This document shows, piece by piece, positions 38,988 to 50,080 of a stretch of 64,000 bases of DNA; positions within the stretch are counted from its first letter, which is position 1, and each line of letters opens with the position of its first letter. The DNA comes from a virus. The notes under the pieces were generated by a model. The model saw only the letters and a list, made by a program, of their open reading frames with translations. It ran no database searches and was not told the DNA's origin. A program made the position numbers and the translations under genes. The stretch spans positions 1 through 64,000 of the IMG/VR virus record IMGVR_UViG_3300035671_000001. One strand, written 5' to 3'.

Positions 38988-40265
38988 ATGATCGAGCCTG
39001 CTCAGCATAAGCTCAAGTACCAGAGGCCGAAGCTTTACGCCAAGCAGAGCGCGGCTATGTTCGATCCGCGCCGGATCTCGCTGATCGAGGCGTCGACTAA
39101 GAGCGGCAAGACAGTCAGCGGCATTGCGTGGCTGTACGAGCAAGCGATTAAAGGCAAGCCTGGACAGAATTATTGGTGGGTTGCGCCGGTGTCGATGCAA
39201 GCGCGCATCGCGTTCAATCGTATGCAGCGACACTTCACTGCCAAGGACACCGGGCTCTCGGTGTTCGGCGTCAACCGTACCGATCACACTCTCACTACGC
39301 ACAAGGAAACGGTGATTGCGTTTCGCTCGGGTGATCACCCTGACACGCTTTACGGTGAAGACGTCTATGCTTGTGTGATTGACGAGGCGTCGCGCTTCAA
39401 GGAAGAGAGCTGGCATGCGATCCGCTCAACGCTCACTGCTACGCGCGGGCCGATTCGAATAATTGGAAATGTCAAAGGCAGAAAAAATTGGTTCTACCAG
39501 CTTGCGCGTAGAGCTGAGCAGGGCTTTCCGAATCTCGGCTACCACAAGCTCACGGCCTATGACGCGATCGCGGCTGGTGTGCTCGACAAGAATGAGATCA
39601 GCGCGGCCAAGGCGACGCTGCCTGATCATGTGTTCCGCGAGCTGTACCTTGCCGAGCCGAGCGACGATGAGGGTAATCCGTTCGGTGCACAGCACGTGCG
39701 CAATTGCTTTGCGCCGCTGTCCAAGCGTCCTGCTGTAGCGTGGGGTTGGGATCTTGCGCGTAAGATGGATTGGACTGTGGGTATTGGGCTTGATGCCGAC
39801 GGCCGTGTGTGCGAAGCGCTACGGTTTCAGAAGCCGTGGCACGAGCAGGTAGATATCATCAAGAAGTTCGTGCAGAACACACCCGCGCTTGTGGACGAGA
39901 CGGGTGTTGGTGATCCGATTATCGAAGCCATCAAGCAGCCTGTGAAGAAGGGCGGCAATGGTGCTGAGGTGATTGAGCTGAGCTGCCCGAGGCTTGAGGG
40001 CTACCGGTTCACGATGGCCAGCAAGCAGATGTTGATGGAAGGGTTGGCGCTGGCGATCCACGAGCGCAAGATACGTTTTCCTGAGGGGCCGATCAGCATC
40101 GAGCTGCTGAACTTCGAGTATGAGTTCACGCGGCTCGGCATTCGTTACTCGGCGCCGTCTGGAATGCACGACGATTGTGTGTGTGCATTGGCTCTGGCAT
40201 GGCGATGCTTCGACAACAAGAAGCTGAATTACGATCTCGATCTGTCATGGATTGGCGGGGACTGA
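38988..40265 (+). CDS. terL: Terminase large subunit
   Basis: STKSGKT Walker A, VIDEAS Walker B, GWDLAR..D, DETGVG, HDDCV.ALALA. Confidence 0.92.
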   Translation: MIEPAQHKLKYQRPKLYAKQSAAMFDPRRISLIEASTKSGKTVSGIAWLYEQAIKGKPGQNYWWVAPVSMQARIAFNRMQRHFTAKDTGLSVFGVNRTDHTLTTHKETVIAFRSGDHPDTLYGEDVYACVIDEASRFKEESWHAIRSTLTATRGPIRIIGNVKGRKNWFYQLARRAEQGFPNLGYHKLTAYDAIAAGVLDKNEISAAKATLPDHVFRELYLAEPSDDEGNPFGAQHVRNCFAPLSKRPAVAWGWDLARKMDWTVGIGLDADGRVCEALRFQKPWHEQVDIIKKFVQNTPALVDETGVGDPIIEAIKQPVKKGGNGAEVIELSCPRLEGYRFTMASKQMLMEGLALAIHERKIRFPEGPISIELLNFEYEFTRLGIRYSAPSGMHDDCVCALALAWRCFDNKKLNYDLDLSWIGGD

Positions 40266-41270
40266 ATCCATTTGGACCGAGGAAGGTAGGGAGTTTGATG
40301 TGATTACATTACGAGAGTTTGTATGCAAGGAATGTGGCCACAAAGTTGTGGTGCATCCTCGTTTGCCCCTCGATTATACGCCTAACATTTGTTGTGAGTG
40401 CTACGAGCACGGCCAGCCAAAACGCCGAGATGCTGAGGCTAGGATTTTCAATAAGGCGGTAGAGATTATGCGTTTATGTGGGGAGGTGACTGACATGACA
40501 AAGGACTGTCAGCACGGGTTCAGCTCGCAAGCGCTGTGCCCGGTGTGTCAGCATTTCGGGAAGATTGCAGCCGCAGAGGCGGCTGAGCGTGAGCAGCGAG
40601 ATTTCAGCACTATCGTCGACGCGTCCCGGCCTCGCACGAATCCCGGCGCGCCCGACGAGGCCAGCAGCTCCGGCTGACAATTCCTCCTCAGCTCGGAGCC
40701 GTTCGGGCGATTAGACAGATAGCACGAATTGACGTGCTTCAAACTATCGGGGCGACTGTAAGCGCCCGCCTGTCTTGGTGATCAACAAAGAGGAGAAAGA
40801 CGGAGTAATGCCCGAAGAGACTCAGCTCGATCGTATCGAGGCGCTGTTGCGTCAGCTACTTGCGGCGCTGATCAAGATGAACATGCGCCTCGACGTTGTG
40901 TGCGGGCACGAGCTGAAGGAGCCCGAACAGCAGCTCCGCTTCTTCGGCGAGGTCCCGCTTTAGAAAGACATGAGAGCACGTGCGGGGACCTTCGGGGGAG
41001 GCGGGGACACATGCTCTCACGATCAAGCCGAGCTGTTACCGCTGTGGCGGTTGCTGCGGCTGATTGGGTGGTCTCGGTGCTCCGCCCGGAGGCGGCTTCT
41101 GTTCGGGTTGCGGGTTCTGCGTCGGGTTCGGGTTCTGCACCGGATCGTTCGGATTCGGATCAATTGGATTGTTGGGCATTTCGCTCCGTTACCTGTTCTT
41201 GACCCACCTGCCGCACAACAACACCGCGACAAGCTACTTCGTTCCTTGAGGGAAATGATGGGCGCTTAAG

Positions 41271-43469
41271 ATGGCGATGCAGTTCAGCACATGGATGACG
41301 CGTTGGGACCCGAACGAGTACACCTTGTTCCGGCATCGCCTGCGCGGCGTGCAGTTCATCGGCCCCGACGTCATGCGGCGCTGGGACGTCACGCTGGCGA
41401 CGAACAGCATCGACCTCAACGATCCGATTATTCCTGCCTTCAAGGACGCGCTGATCAAGGAGGGCATCCTCCTGCCCGCGCGCGCGGAGTTGATCTTCGC
41501 GGCGGAGACAGGAGGCGAGCCTCCAGCCGAAGGGCAAGGGCCGCAAGGTCCGGCGGGACCGCCCGGCGCGACTGGGCCAGCGGGGCCAGCAGGGCCAGCA
41601 GGGCCAGCAGGGCCAGCGGGTCCACCGGGCAGCGGAGCTGGTGGTGGAATCGAAGAGGCGCCGATCGACGGCCAGCTCTACGGCCGCAAGGATGCGGCGT
41701 GGTCGCAGGTCACTGGAACGGGCGGACAGCCGGGGCCGGCAGGGCCTCCGGGACCGGCAGGCGCGGACGGCAAGGACGGCAAGGACGGTAAGGACGGCAA
41801 AGACGGTGCGCAGGGGCCGCAAGGTGATCAGGGTCCGCAGGGCACGCAGGGACCGGCAGGACCGGCCGGGGCCGAGGGCGTGCAGGGTCCGGCAGGTCAA
41901 GGTGGCGTGCAGGGCGTGCAGGGTGAGCCGGGACCGCAGGGATCGCCTGGGCTGAATGGTGCGCCGGGGTTGCCGGGATCACCGGGTGCGCAAGGCCCGA
42001 CGGGCGCGGACGGCGCGCCAGGAGTTGGACTGCCGGGCGCGGCAGGGCCGCAAGGTTTACAGGGACCGGCGGGCGTGGACGGTGCGCAGGGTCCGGCTGG
42101 TCCCGAGGGCGCGGTCGGCCCGCAGGGCGTCGCGGGCGGAGTTGGTCCGCAGGGAATCCAAGGACCCGGAGGCCCGCAAGGCGTGCAAGGCGAGCCGGGG
42201 TCGATCGGCCCCGCCGGCGCGCAGGGTGCGCAGGGCATGCAGGGGCCGTCCGGTGACACTGTCACGATCATCGGCAGCTTCAGTAACAAAGCGATCGCTG
42301 ATCTACCGCCGTCAGGCTACGTGCCTGCGGATTGGGATTCGCCCGGCGTGCCGCCTCTGGGCAACCAGATGGCGAACGGCCAGGGCTTGTTGCACACGCC
42401 GACGCAAACGGTTTGCTTGTGGGTTGGTCCAACGCTCACGCCCTCGGGTTGGGTCGAGCTGGGGAATGTGCAAGGTCCGATTGGGCCGACTGGTGCGGCG
42501 GGGCCAGCAGGCGCGCAAGGTCCACAAGGTGTGCAAGGTCCGCCGGGAGCTGATGCTGCGCCGGGTCCAACGGGAGCAACCGGCGCGGCTGGTCCACAAG
42601 GGCCGCAAGGTGATCCGGGTGCGCAGGGTATTCAGGGCATACCGGGATCACCGGGCGCTGCCGGAGCGCAGGGCGCGCAAGGCCCGCAAGGCATCGCTGG
42701 TCCGCAGGGCGCCAAGGGCGATCCTGGAACGCCGGGCCTGACTGGCGCGCAGGGTCCGAAGGGCGATACCGGTGCGCAGGGAACGCCGGGATCGACGGGC
42801 GCGCAGGGTCCGGCCGGAACGCAAGGCGTGCAAGGCGTGCAGGGCGTGCCGGGTCCGACTGCGGTGTCGGCGAATGCAGGCAACACCGCGACGCTCGGCA
42901 CCGACAATCTGATCTATGTGCCGACGCTGCCTCCGGCCTCTAACGCTACGCCGACGATGGACGGCACGGCGACGGTTGGTGTTGCGACGGCCTGGGCGCG
43001 CGGCGACCATGTGCATCCGAGCGACACCTCGCGCATGGCGAAGGTCGGTACGACAGCCGTTGGCAACGCGGCGGCCGGCGAGATCGGCGAGGTGCTCTCG
43101 ACCAGCGTCACCACCGGCGTCACGCTGGCCAGCGGCACGGCGGCGAACGTCGGGACGCTGAGCCTGACCCCGGGCGACTGGGACGTGAGCGCGCAGCTCG
43201 TGTTCAACCCCGGCACCAACCTCACCATCATGGCGGCGGCGATCTCGCTGACCTCGGCGACACTGCCAACAGCAGCGCAGCTCGCAGCGGGCACCGGGGC
43301 GATGCAGCAGTTGCGCGCATCGTTCGCGGCCTCGGCGGCCGAGATGCTGCAGAGCGGGTCGTGCCGCGTGAACGTCAGCACGACCACGACCGTCTACATG
43401 GTGGCGATGGTGACCGGCACGGGGACGTGGACGGGGACCGGCTTCATCAGTGCGCGCAGGCGGCGCTGA
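41271..43469 (+). CDS. Collagen-like (G-X-Y repeat) fibre protein
   Basis: Long GPAGPQG repeats; EAP.DG..YGRKD..W; ARGDHVHP. Confidence 0.85.
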   Translation: MAMQFSTWMTRWDPNEYTLFRHRLRGVQFIGPDVMRRWDVTLATNSIDLNDPIIPAFKDALIKEGILLPARAELIFAAETGGEPPAEGQGPQGPAGPPGATGPAGPAGPAGPAGPAGPPGSGAGGGIEEAPIDGQLYGRKDAAWSQVTGTGGQPGPAGPPGPAGADGKDGKDGKDGKDGAQGPQGDQGPQGTQGPAGPAGAEGVQGPAGQGGVQGVQGEPGPQGSPGLNGAPGLPGSPGAQGPTGADGAPGVGLPGAAGPQGLQGPAGVDGAQGPAGPEGAVGPQGVAGGVGPQGIQGPGGPQGVQGEPGSIGPAGAQGAQGMQGPSGDTVTIIGSFSNKAIADLPPSGYVPADWDSPGVPPLGNQMANGQGLLHTPTQTVCLWVGPTLTPSGWVELGNVQGPIGPTGAAGPAGAQGPQGVQGPPGADAAPGPTGATGAAGPQGPQGDPGAQGIQGIPGSPGAAGAQGAQGPQGIAGPQGAKGDPGTPGLTGAQGPKGDTGAQGTPGSTGAQGPAGTQGVQGVQGVPGPTAVSANAGNTATLGTDNLIYVPTLPPASNATPTMDGTATVGVATAWARGDHVHPSDTSRMAKVGTTAVGNAAAGEIGEVLSTSVTTGVTLASGTAANVGTLSLTPGDWDVSAQLVFNPGTNLTIMAAAISLTSATLPTAAQLAAGTGAMQQLRASFAASAAEMLQSGSCRVNVSTTTTVYMVAMVTGTGTWTGTGFISARRRR

Positions 43470-43491
43470 GCAATTTAGAAGGTTCTAAACT

Positions 43492-45078
43492 ATGACACGC
43501 CCAACAATCCGCAGAGGCGATCAGGGCTCGCTCGTGATTGATGTGCAGAATTGTCTACTGGAGACGGCCGACGTCGACGGCGATTTCGGTGCGCAGACCG
43601 AGCAGGCGGTGCGCGACTATCAGGAGTACGAACACATCAGTGTCGATGGTGTTGTTGGCCCAATGACGTGGGAGCACCTCGACACGGATTATGAGCTGTC
43701 GCCATACCCCCCAGCACTGCTACCGCCGCTTGAGCCGGCGACTGCAAAGAAAATCACTGATCTGGCCATGCAGTCGCCGGTCGCGGATTACAATTGGAGC
43801 GACAGAGGCATGTCGCCTCCGGGCTACACCAAGGGCATGGCGCTCGGTTATGCCACGTTGGTGCGTAAGTTGTATGTGGGAGACAGCGCTGCGCTCGACA
43901 TGGCGCAGGCCGACACCGGCGATGACGATAAGGATGCGCTCGCTTGGTATGCGGACGTGTACGAAGACCTTGAGATGGACAACGACGAGGACGGGCTGCC
44001 GACGTTGCGCCACTTGTATTGCCTGCTCTGGGGTCTCGGCATGCGCGAGAGCAGCGGGCGCCATTGCGAGGGTCGCGATCAAAGCGCTGAGAACACGAGC
44101 AGCACGACGGCAGAGGCGGGATTATTTCAGCAGAGCCAAAATTCGAGTTCGTGCTCGACTGAGATCCAGAAGCTACTCGACGAGTACATGTCCAACATTG
44201 GCTCCCAGCAATGCGCGCTTGATGTTTTCAAGGAAGGTGTTGGCTGCTCGTCGAGTGAGTGGGCTTGCTATGGCAGCGATGTTGGCTACGACTTTCAGGA
44301 CACCTGCAAGAAGTGCCCACAGTACGCCGTCGAGGCGTGCTTGATCGGGCTGCGCCATTTGCGTCAGCACTGGGGGCCAATCAACGAGCACGCCGCCGAG
44401 GTCAATCCGTATGTGGACGATCTTTTGATAGAGATCGAGCGCGTTCTTGCTGTATCGCCTGATGTGCCGATCGAGCCTGATGAGCCGGACGATCCGCTGC
44501 ATCATCCTGCGCCGAAGCCGCCCGAGGTGGAAGAAGTGCCGGAGCTGCCCAACCTACGCGCTATTTGCATTTCCAGTGGGCACGGTTTGAAGGTGCGCGG
44601 CGCGGCTGGGCCATCGCCGTGGGGCCTCGACGAGGTTGACGAAGCGAGGCGGGTAGTCTCGCGCGTTGTTGAATTGTTGGAGGAGGCTGGCGGTTCGGTG
44701 GTGGAATTCCACGACAACACTTCTACCACGCAGAGTCAGAATCTCTCGACCATTACAACGTTCCACAACAAGCAGCAGAGAGACCTGGACGTAAGCATTC
44801 ATTTCAACTGCTACGATCAGACGGCGCATGGGGTCGAGGTTCTCTATCTCACGCAGGAGAAACTTGCAGACAAGATTTCGAAAGCGATAGCCGATGCCGC
44901 CGGGCTCACCAACAGAGGTCCGAAGTATCGTGGCGATTTGGCTTTTCTAAACAACACGACCAAGCCGGCGGTGCTAATCGAGACCCTGTTCTGCGACAAC
45001 CAGGGGGACACGGACGCGTACCGTTCTGAGTTCAACGCGATCTGCGAAGCGATCGCGAGAAGCATCGCAGTCATCTGA
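43492..45078 (+). CDS. Modular endolysin: peptidoglycan-binding domain, uncharacterised central domain, Amidase_3
   Basis: DGDFG..TE.AV..YQ....VDGVVGP.TW; ISSGHG...E...DVSIHFN...AVLIE. Confidence 0.85.
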   Translation: MTRPTIRRGDQGSLVIDVQNCLLETADVDGDFGAQTEQAVRDYQEYEHISVDGVVGPMTWEHLDTDYELSPYPPALLPPLEPATAKKITDLAMQSPVADYNWSDRGMSPPGYTKGMALGYATLVRKLYVGDSAALDMAQADTGDDDKDALAWYADVYEDLEMDNDEDGLPTLRHLYCLLWGLGMRESSGRHCEGRDQSAENTSSTTAEAGLFQQSQNSSSCSTEIQKLLDEYMSNIGSQQCALDVFKEGVGCSSSEWACYGSDVGYDFQDTCKKCPQYAVEACLIGLRHLRQHWGPINEHAAEVNPYVDDLLIEIERVLAVSPDVPIEPDEPDDPLHHPAPKPPEVEEVPELPNLRAICISSGHGLKVRGAAGPSPWGLDEVDEARRVVSRVVELLEEAGGSVVEFHDNTSTTQSQNLSTITTFHNKQQRDLDVSIHFNCYDQTAHGVEVLYLTQEKLADKISKAIADAAGLTNRGPKYRGDLAFLNNTTKPAVLIETLFCDNQGDTDAYRSEFNAICEAIARSIAVI

Positions 45079-45102
45079 AGCAGCAAACTGGAGGTAAGTG
45101 TA

Positions 45103-45792
45103 ATGAATGGACAACCGTTTCTAGCTTTGATCACTCCCATTAGTGGAGGTGGAGGGCAGCCGCCTCCGTTGCAGCCGGGTTATCCGACGCATCCGTGGGT
45201 GCCGCCTTATGGACCGTCGCATCCGATCGCGCCGGGTGGCCCACCTCCGCAAATCTGGGGACCGATCGGTCCTTACCCGGACGCCGGCTTCCCGGGTCCG
45301 CAGCCCGGTGGCCCGACCTATCCTTCGCACCCGATCTATTATCCGGGCGCGCGCCCAGACCAAGGTCTGCCGGGACAGCAGCCGCGTCCCGACCAGAGCT
45401 TGCCGTGGCCGCAGCCGCATCCGTCGCACCCGATTGCGCCGGGAGGACAGCCGCCGTCACCAAGCCATCCTATCGTCTACCCGCCTTATGTTGACATCGG
45501 CTTCCCTGGACCGCAGCCGCATCCGTCGCACCCGATCGTGCTGCCGCCGATCCAGCCGGGCGGGCCACCGCTCGTTATTTGGGGAGGCCCGTTCCTGCCG
45601 CCTTACGTTGATATCGGATTCCCTCTTCCACAGCCGCATCCGGAGCATCCGATTGTGATCCCGCCGCTGCCGCCGGAGCCGCCCGGTGAGGCAGTCAAGC
45701 CGCCGCCTCCGGGTGGTGGTTGGGCTTATGCCCCTGGTTATGGCTGGGGCTATTTCCCTGGCACCGGAGGTGTAGCGGGGCCGAAGACCTAG
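45103..45792 (+). CDS. Pro/Gly-rich PxHPI-repeat protein
   Basis: Repeated HPSHPI and PPYVDIGFP; GGAGG RBS. Confidence 0.7.
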   Translation: MNGQPFLALITPISGGGGQPPPLQPGYPTHPWVPPYGPSHPIAPGGPPPQIWGPIGPYPDAGFPGPQPGGPTYPSHPIYYPGARPDQGLPGQQPRPDQSLPWPQPHPSHPIAPGGQPPSPSHPIVYPPYVDIGFPGPQPHPSHPIVLPPIQPGGPPLVIWGGPFLPPYVDIGFPLPQPHPEHPIVIPPLPPEPPGEAVKPPPPGGGWAYAPGYGWGYFPGTGGVAGPKT

Positions 45793-45871
45793 TGTAACGG
45801 CATGGACTTGTGACTTCGGGTGCCAATGCCGTCCCTGACCGTTGAGACCAGTCCGAAGGGGATGGCAACCA

Positions 45872-46231
45872 ATGTCTACGTGGGTCAACCGTAATCCGTT
45901 TATCTTTCTCGGCGGGTTATTGGCTCTGTGGCTCGGCGTTTTCTCGATCAGCTTTTATGCTTCGAGTGTTGGAGCACCGGCGCCTTCGTATCCGGCGCCG
46001 TTGCCACCGTCACAACACGACGAGCACTTGCTTGCGCTCGATCGCGCTGGCATCGAGGCCGCCTATCGCGAGCAGGTGACGTTGCTGTTTAAGAATTGGA
46101 TGAATGACCCGAGCACACATCAGCCAAATCGCGCACTGACAGGATTACGCAACGCCGCGAAGGCTTACGTCGAGGCCATGGACGGGGCCAATCGTCGGGA
46201 AGAGCAACTGAGGACCAGACAACAGAGATGA
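45872..46231 (+). CDS. Membrane protein with one N-terminal TM helix (possible lysis accessory)
   Basis: Hydrophobic N-terminal helix next to the endolysin. Confidence 0.45.
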   Translation: MSTWVNRNPFIFLGGLLALWLGVFSISFYASSVGAPAPSYPAPLPPSQHDEHLLALDRAGIEAAYREQVTLLFKNWMNDPSTHQPNRALTGLRNAAKAYVEAMDGANRREEQLRTRQQR

Positions 46232-48765
46232 CCGATAGCAACGTCGTGAACATGCCGACCACGGAAGTGCGTTGGTACGACAGCTTCATCAACTTGCTCG
46301 CGGGCCTCGGCGTGATGGGGCGCGATAAGTTCGCGCATCAGCAATACTCATTCTCGTTGATGACGGTGTTGGAGCAGGAGAACGCCTATCGTGGTGATTG
46401 GCTCGCGCGCAAGGCGGTGCAGATTCCGGCTTGGGACATGACCCGCGAGTGGCGCAATTGGCAGGCTGATCCCGATCAGATCAAGCTGCTGGAGGCGATG
46501 GAGCGCAAGCTGTTTCTACAGCAGAGGGTACAAGAAGCACTGATCAAATCACGGCTCTACGGTGGTGCGGTGATGATCATCGGCGTTGATGCCGGTAAGC
46601 CAGAGGAAGAGCTTGACCTTGAAACCGTGACGTTGGACTCGTTGAAGTTCCTGCACGTGGTGTCGAAGAACAATATCGGCGTCGGCCCGATCATCTATGA
46701 CATTACCTCGAAGTATTACGGTCAGCCTGAATATTACGAGGCGCGCACGCAGCCGGTCGGCAAGGACTTCGACCAGAAGGAGAGCCTGTCGAAGAGTTCT
46801 GCTTTCAACAAGGTCAATGTGAAATTACACCCGTCACGCGTGGTCAAGCTCATTGGCGTTGATACGGCCGACCAGCTTATAGCTAACGTGTGGGGCGATA
46901 GCGTGCTGCAGCCGGTCAATGATGCGATCAAGGCTTGCGGCTTGGTCAGCGGTTCGCTCGCCACGCTGTGCTCGGAGCTGAAGATTGACGTCATCAAGAT
47001 ACCCGAGCTGAAGTCGATCCTGTCGACCGATGTTGGCACGCGCAAGATGTTGGGCCGGTTCGAGGCTGCCAACGTGGCCAAGAGCACGGTCAACACCATC
47101 TTGATCGATGGCAACGAAGAATGGCAACGCATTCAGGCGTCGCTCGCGGGCGTACCGGAGATCATCGCGACTTATATGCAGGTGGTTTCTGGTGCGGTTG
47201 ATATACCTGCCGGAAGGTTTCTCGGCTTACCGCATAGGGGTTTGAATGTCACGGGAGAGGCCGATTTTCGCAACTACTACGATCGATTAGCCTCGGAGCA
47301 GAGCGTCACGCTGCAGCCAGCGATTAGCGTGCTCGACGAGGTACTGATCCGCTCGGCATTAGGTGATCGGCCGGAAGAGATTTTTTATGAGTGGAATTCG
47401 CTCTGGCAATTGAGCGATGGCGACAAGGCTGACATCGCGCTCAAGAAAGCACAGGCGTACCAAATCGACGTCAACGCTGCGCAGATTCCGCCGGTGGCGC
47501 TCGGCAACGCGCGCGCGAACCAGCTCATAGAGGATGGTTTCTATCCCGGCTTGGAGCAGGCGTTGGAGGACGCGGCGGCCGAGGGCGATACGATTGAGGA
47601 GCAAAACGTGCCCGCGCCGATGCCGATGATGCAGCCCGGTGTTGATCCCAACACTGGCCAGCCGCTCGATCCGAATGCGCCGCCTCCCAAGGGCGGAAAA
47701 GGCGGTGCGGTGGTGCCGTTCGGCAAGAAGCCCAAGTCGCCGCAGCCCGGTCAGACCGGACAACTTCCCGCTAACGCACGCAAGAGCACAGCGCCCGGCA
47801 TGAGGGGGTCCGGTGACAGTGACCCTTTTGATGATGAGGAGGACGCTGGCAACGAGTGTCACGATCCGAAGACAGGCGAGTTCTGTGGCGAGGGCGGTGG
47901 CGTTGGTGCTGGTGCGAGCGAGGGTGGTGCGGCCAAGGGTGAGGCCGGCGGCCATCCAGGCGAGGGTTATTCCAAGAGCGCCTACGTCGACAAGAATGGC
48001 GTGATCCAAACCACGAAAGTTGAGGATGCGCTGCGCGCGCTATACCAGAACCGCAGAGTCAATTTAGATCAGCCGCGCAAGGTCTCGACGCTGATCAAGC
48101 GGCTTGGTCAAGATGTGATCGCAGCAGTTGAGAAGGGCGATAAGGCGCCTAATCTCAACATGTGCAACGTGTCGGTTTCCGGCACGAACTTGTTTTGTGC
48201 TGAGAGCAAAGGCATTCCGCGCATCAAGATGCCGCAGCTCGACGAGGTGCAGACCAAGGCGCTACTCAAGAGCTTGAAGGACGACGGCTACACGGTCACC
48301 AAGGAGAAGGAAGAGGCATCGCACTTAAAGGCGACGCAGGACGAGCTGTCGGGTGTCAAGGTGTGGCAGCAAGTGCAGAAGGCTAAGCTCGATCCCAAGC
48401 GGTTGGACAAGCGGCTAGTGGTGTCGAAGGACGGTTATATCTTGGACGGCCATCATCACTGGGCGGCTAAGATTGGGATCGACGCCAAGGACAACAAGCT
48501 CACCGGTAAGATGCGGATCTCGCGGGTGAACATCAGCATCACGGATTTGCTGCAGCGGGCCAAGGCGTTCTCCGGGCCGGCCAAGTCGGCGACGCAAGAG
48601 GTGAAGATTTATTTCAAGAAGAAGAAGGACGGCGCTCCCGAAGTCAGTGACGGCATCTTCGATCTTGATGATCACTTCGATCGACTAGGCGATTTCCATT
48701 TTGATGCAGCATCGGCGGCCGAGGAGGACGCCGATCTCGCTCCCTTTCGACTTCGAGCCCGCTGA
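46228..48765 (+). CDS. Portal protein (DUF1073 type) with C-terminal extension and ParB-like domain
   Basis: AYRGDWLARK.V..PA.DMTREWR, SRLYGGA, HPSRV, DFRNYYD; tail contains ILDGHHHWAA. Confidence 0.85.
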   Translation: MTDSNVVNMPTTEVRWYDSFINLLAGLGVMGRDKFAHQQYSFSLMTVLEQENAYRGDWLARKAVQIPAWDMTREWRNWQADPDQIKLLEAMERKLFLQQRVQEALIKSRLYGGAVMIIGVDAGKPEEELDLETVTLDSLKFLHVVSKNNIGVGPIIYDITSKYYGQPEYYEARTQPVGKDFDQKESLSKSSAFNKVNVKLHPSRVVKLIGVDTADQLIANVWGDSVLQPVNDAIKACGLVSGSLATLCSELKIDVIKIPELKSILSTDVGTRKMLGRFEAANVAKSTVNTILIDGNEEWQRIQASLAGVPEIIATYMQVVSGAVDIPAGRFLGLPHRGLNVTGEADFRNYYDRLASEQSVTLQPAISVLDEVLIRSALGDRPEEIFYEWNSLWQLSDGDKADIALKKAQAYQIDVNAAQIPPVALGNARANQLIEDGFYPGLEQALEDAAAEGDTIEEQNVPAPMPMMQPGVDPNTGQPLDPNAPPPKGGKGGAVVPFGKKPKSPQPGQTGQLPANARKSTAPGMRGSGDSDPFDDEEDAGNECHDPKTGEFCGEGGGVGAGASEGGAAKGEAGGHPGEGYSKSAYVDKNGVIQTTKVEDALRALYQNRRVNLDQPRKVSTLIKRLGQDVIAAVEKGDKAPNLNMCNVSVSGTNLFCAESKGIPRIKMPQLDEVQTKALLKSLKDDGYTVTKEKEEASHLKATQDELSGVKVWQQVQKAKLDPKRLDKRLVVSKDGYILDGHHHWAAKIGIDAKDNKLTGKMRISRVNISITDLLQRAKAFSGPAKSATQEVKIYFKKKKDGAPEVSDGIFDLDDHFDRLGDFHFDAASAAEEDADLAPFRLRAR

Positions 48766-50080
48766 CTTCAATCCCAGTCACGATCCGCATAGCGGTGAGT
48801 TCACTAGCGAAGGCGGTGGCAGTGGCGGCGGTGCTGCTGTCGAGCATGGCATGCATGAGGCGTCGGCACGGGCGTTTGTCGAGTCGCGCGATGTGTCAAC
48901 TCGTCAGCAGTTTCTGTCCCCACATCCGGCTGAGGAGATGGGCGGGCATACGATGCTCACCAACAAGGATGGCACAGTCGGTGTCTCAGTTGATCCGCAC
49001 GGCGATATTCAGAATGTTTTCAACAATGGCGGCCCGAAAGGCGGCGCTGCGAAGGCGATGGTGGCTGCGATCGAGCACGGCGGAAAGACGTTGGATTGTT
49101 ACGACGGCTTCTTGCCGAGCTACTACCACCAGTTCGGATTTCAAGAAGATCAGCGGATGAAATTTAATCGCGACTTTGCTCCGAAAAACTGGGATTATGC
49201 CAAGCACAACGAACCTGACATCGTATTCATGTCGTGGCGTGGATACGGTGCAGGTGGCGCCAAGGGTGCGCTGACACAAGTGGCCAATCGCAAGGACTGG
49301 TCGAAGCCAACAAGGGCAACAAAATATGGTGACAACTGGGATGCCGCCAAAGCCGCCAGCAGAACAGCAGCGCACAGCGGAAGAGCAAGAGATCATCGAC
49401 TTGCTGACGACAACTACTGGGCACGAATTGAGCGAGCAGGAGATCGAATTGGCGTTGGAGCAGGCGCGCGCTCTGGGCGAACTTTAATTGACGAGAACGA
49501 ATGCCACGATCCAGGTAGCGGGGAGTTTTGCAGCACGGGTGGTGGTGGCGCGAGCACCGAAGTCGATCCGGCCAAGCCCATCGATCCCGGCACCAGCGAT
49601 GTCATTAGTCCGAACGAAAAGAAGTCCCTCGACAAGTATCAGAGCAAGAATGGGTTCAAGAAGTTCAACAAGCCGTTGCGCGAGGGGGCTGCTCCTAGTG
49701 CGGACGCCAACAACCTGAGCAGCGCGATTGCTAAGCACAGTCTAGCGAAGGATGTGACGGTGTACCGTGGGATGGGCAACACCGTGTCGGCCCAGCTCGC
49801 GACCGCGTGGGACAACAAGAAGTCGGGCGAGTCGGTCACGTTCACGGAGAAGGGTTTCCTCAGCACGTCGCGAAGCAGAGGGGCAGCCGCGACGTTTAGC
49901 AACCAACTGCTCGAACTCAAGGTCCCGAAGGGGTACAGGGCGCTGCCGATGGCGCGAGCGAAAGGTATGGGTGGTGAAGCAGAAATCCTGCTCGATCGGA
50001 ATACCAAGTTCAAGGTGATCGGCGTCGGCCCTGGTGTCACGAAGGGCAGTAGGCTTTTTAGGGTGGAGCTGGTGCAATGA
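48701..50080 (+). CDS. Head-associated polyvalent protein: GNAT-like domain plus VIP2-like ADP-ribosyltransferase; possibly made as a frameshift fusion to portal
   Basis: LDCYDGFLP.YY.QFGF; ART triad VYRG / FLSTS / EAEILL. Confidence 0.75.
   Translation: MMQHRRPRRTPISLPFDFEPADFNPSHDPHSGEFTSEGGGSGGGAAVEHGMHEASARAFVESRDVSTRQQFLSPHPAEEMGGHTMLTNKDGTVGVSVDPHGDIQNVFNNGGPKGGAAKAMVAAIEHGGKTLDCYDGFLPSYYHQFGFQEDQRMKFNRDFAPKNWDYAKHNEPDIVFMSWRGYGAGGAKGALTQVANRKDWSKPTRATKYGDNWDAAKAASRTAAHSGRARDHRLADDNYWARIERAGDRIGVGAGARSGRTLIDENECHDPGSGEFCSTGGGGASTEVDPAKPIDPGTSDVISPNEKKSLDKYQSKNGFKKFNKPLREGAAPSADANNLSSAIAKHSLAKDVTVYRGMGNTVSAQLATAWDNKKSGESVTFTEKGFLSTSRSRGAAATFSNQLLELKVPKGYRALPMARAKGMGGEAEILLDRNTKFKVIGVGPGVTKGSRLFRVELVQ

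Noticed and set aside
46228-47600. Anti-CBASS Acb1 label sometimes attached to this family
   Set aside because: Position and motifs fit a DUF1073 portal; no paired HxT phosphoesterase motifs noticed
2033-48021. Distant exact 9-nt half-spacer matches (e.g. ATTTCCGAG at about 2034, AAAGTGGCA at 15718, ACGAAAGTT at about 48013)
   Set aside because: A given 9-mer is expected about 0.5 times by chance in 128 kb of two-strand sequence, and the other half did not match
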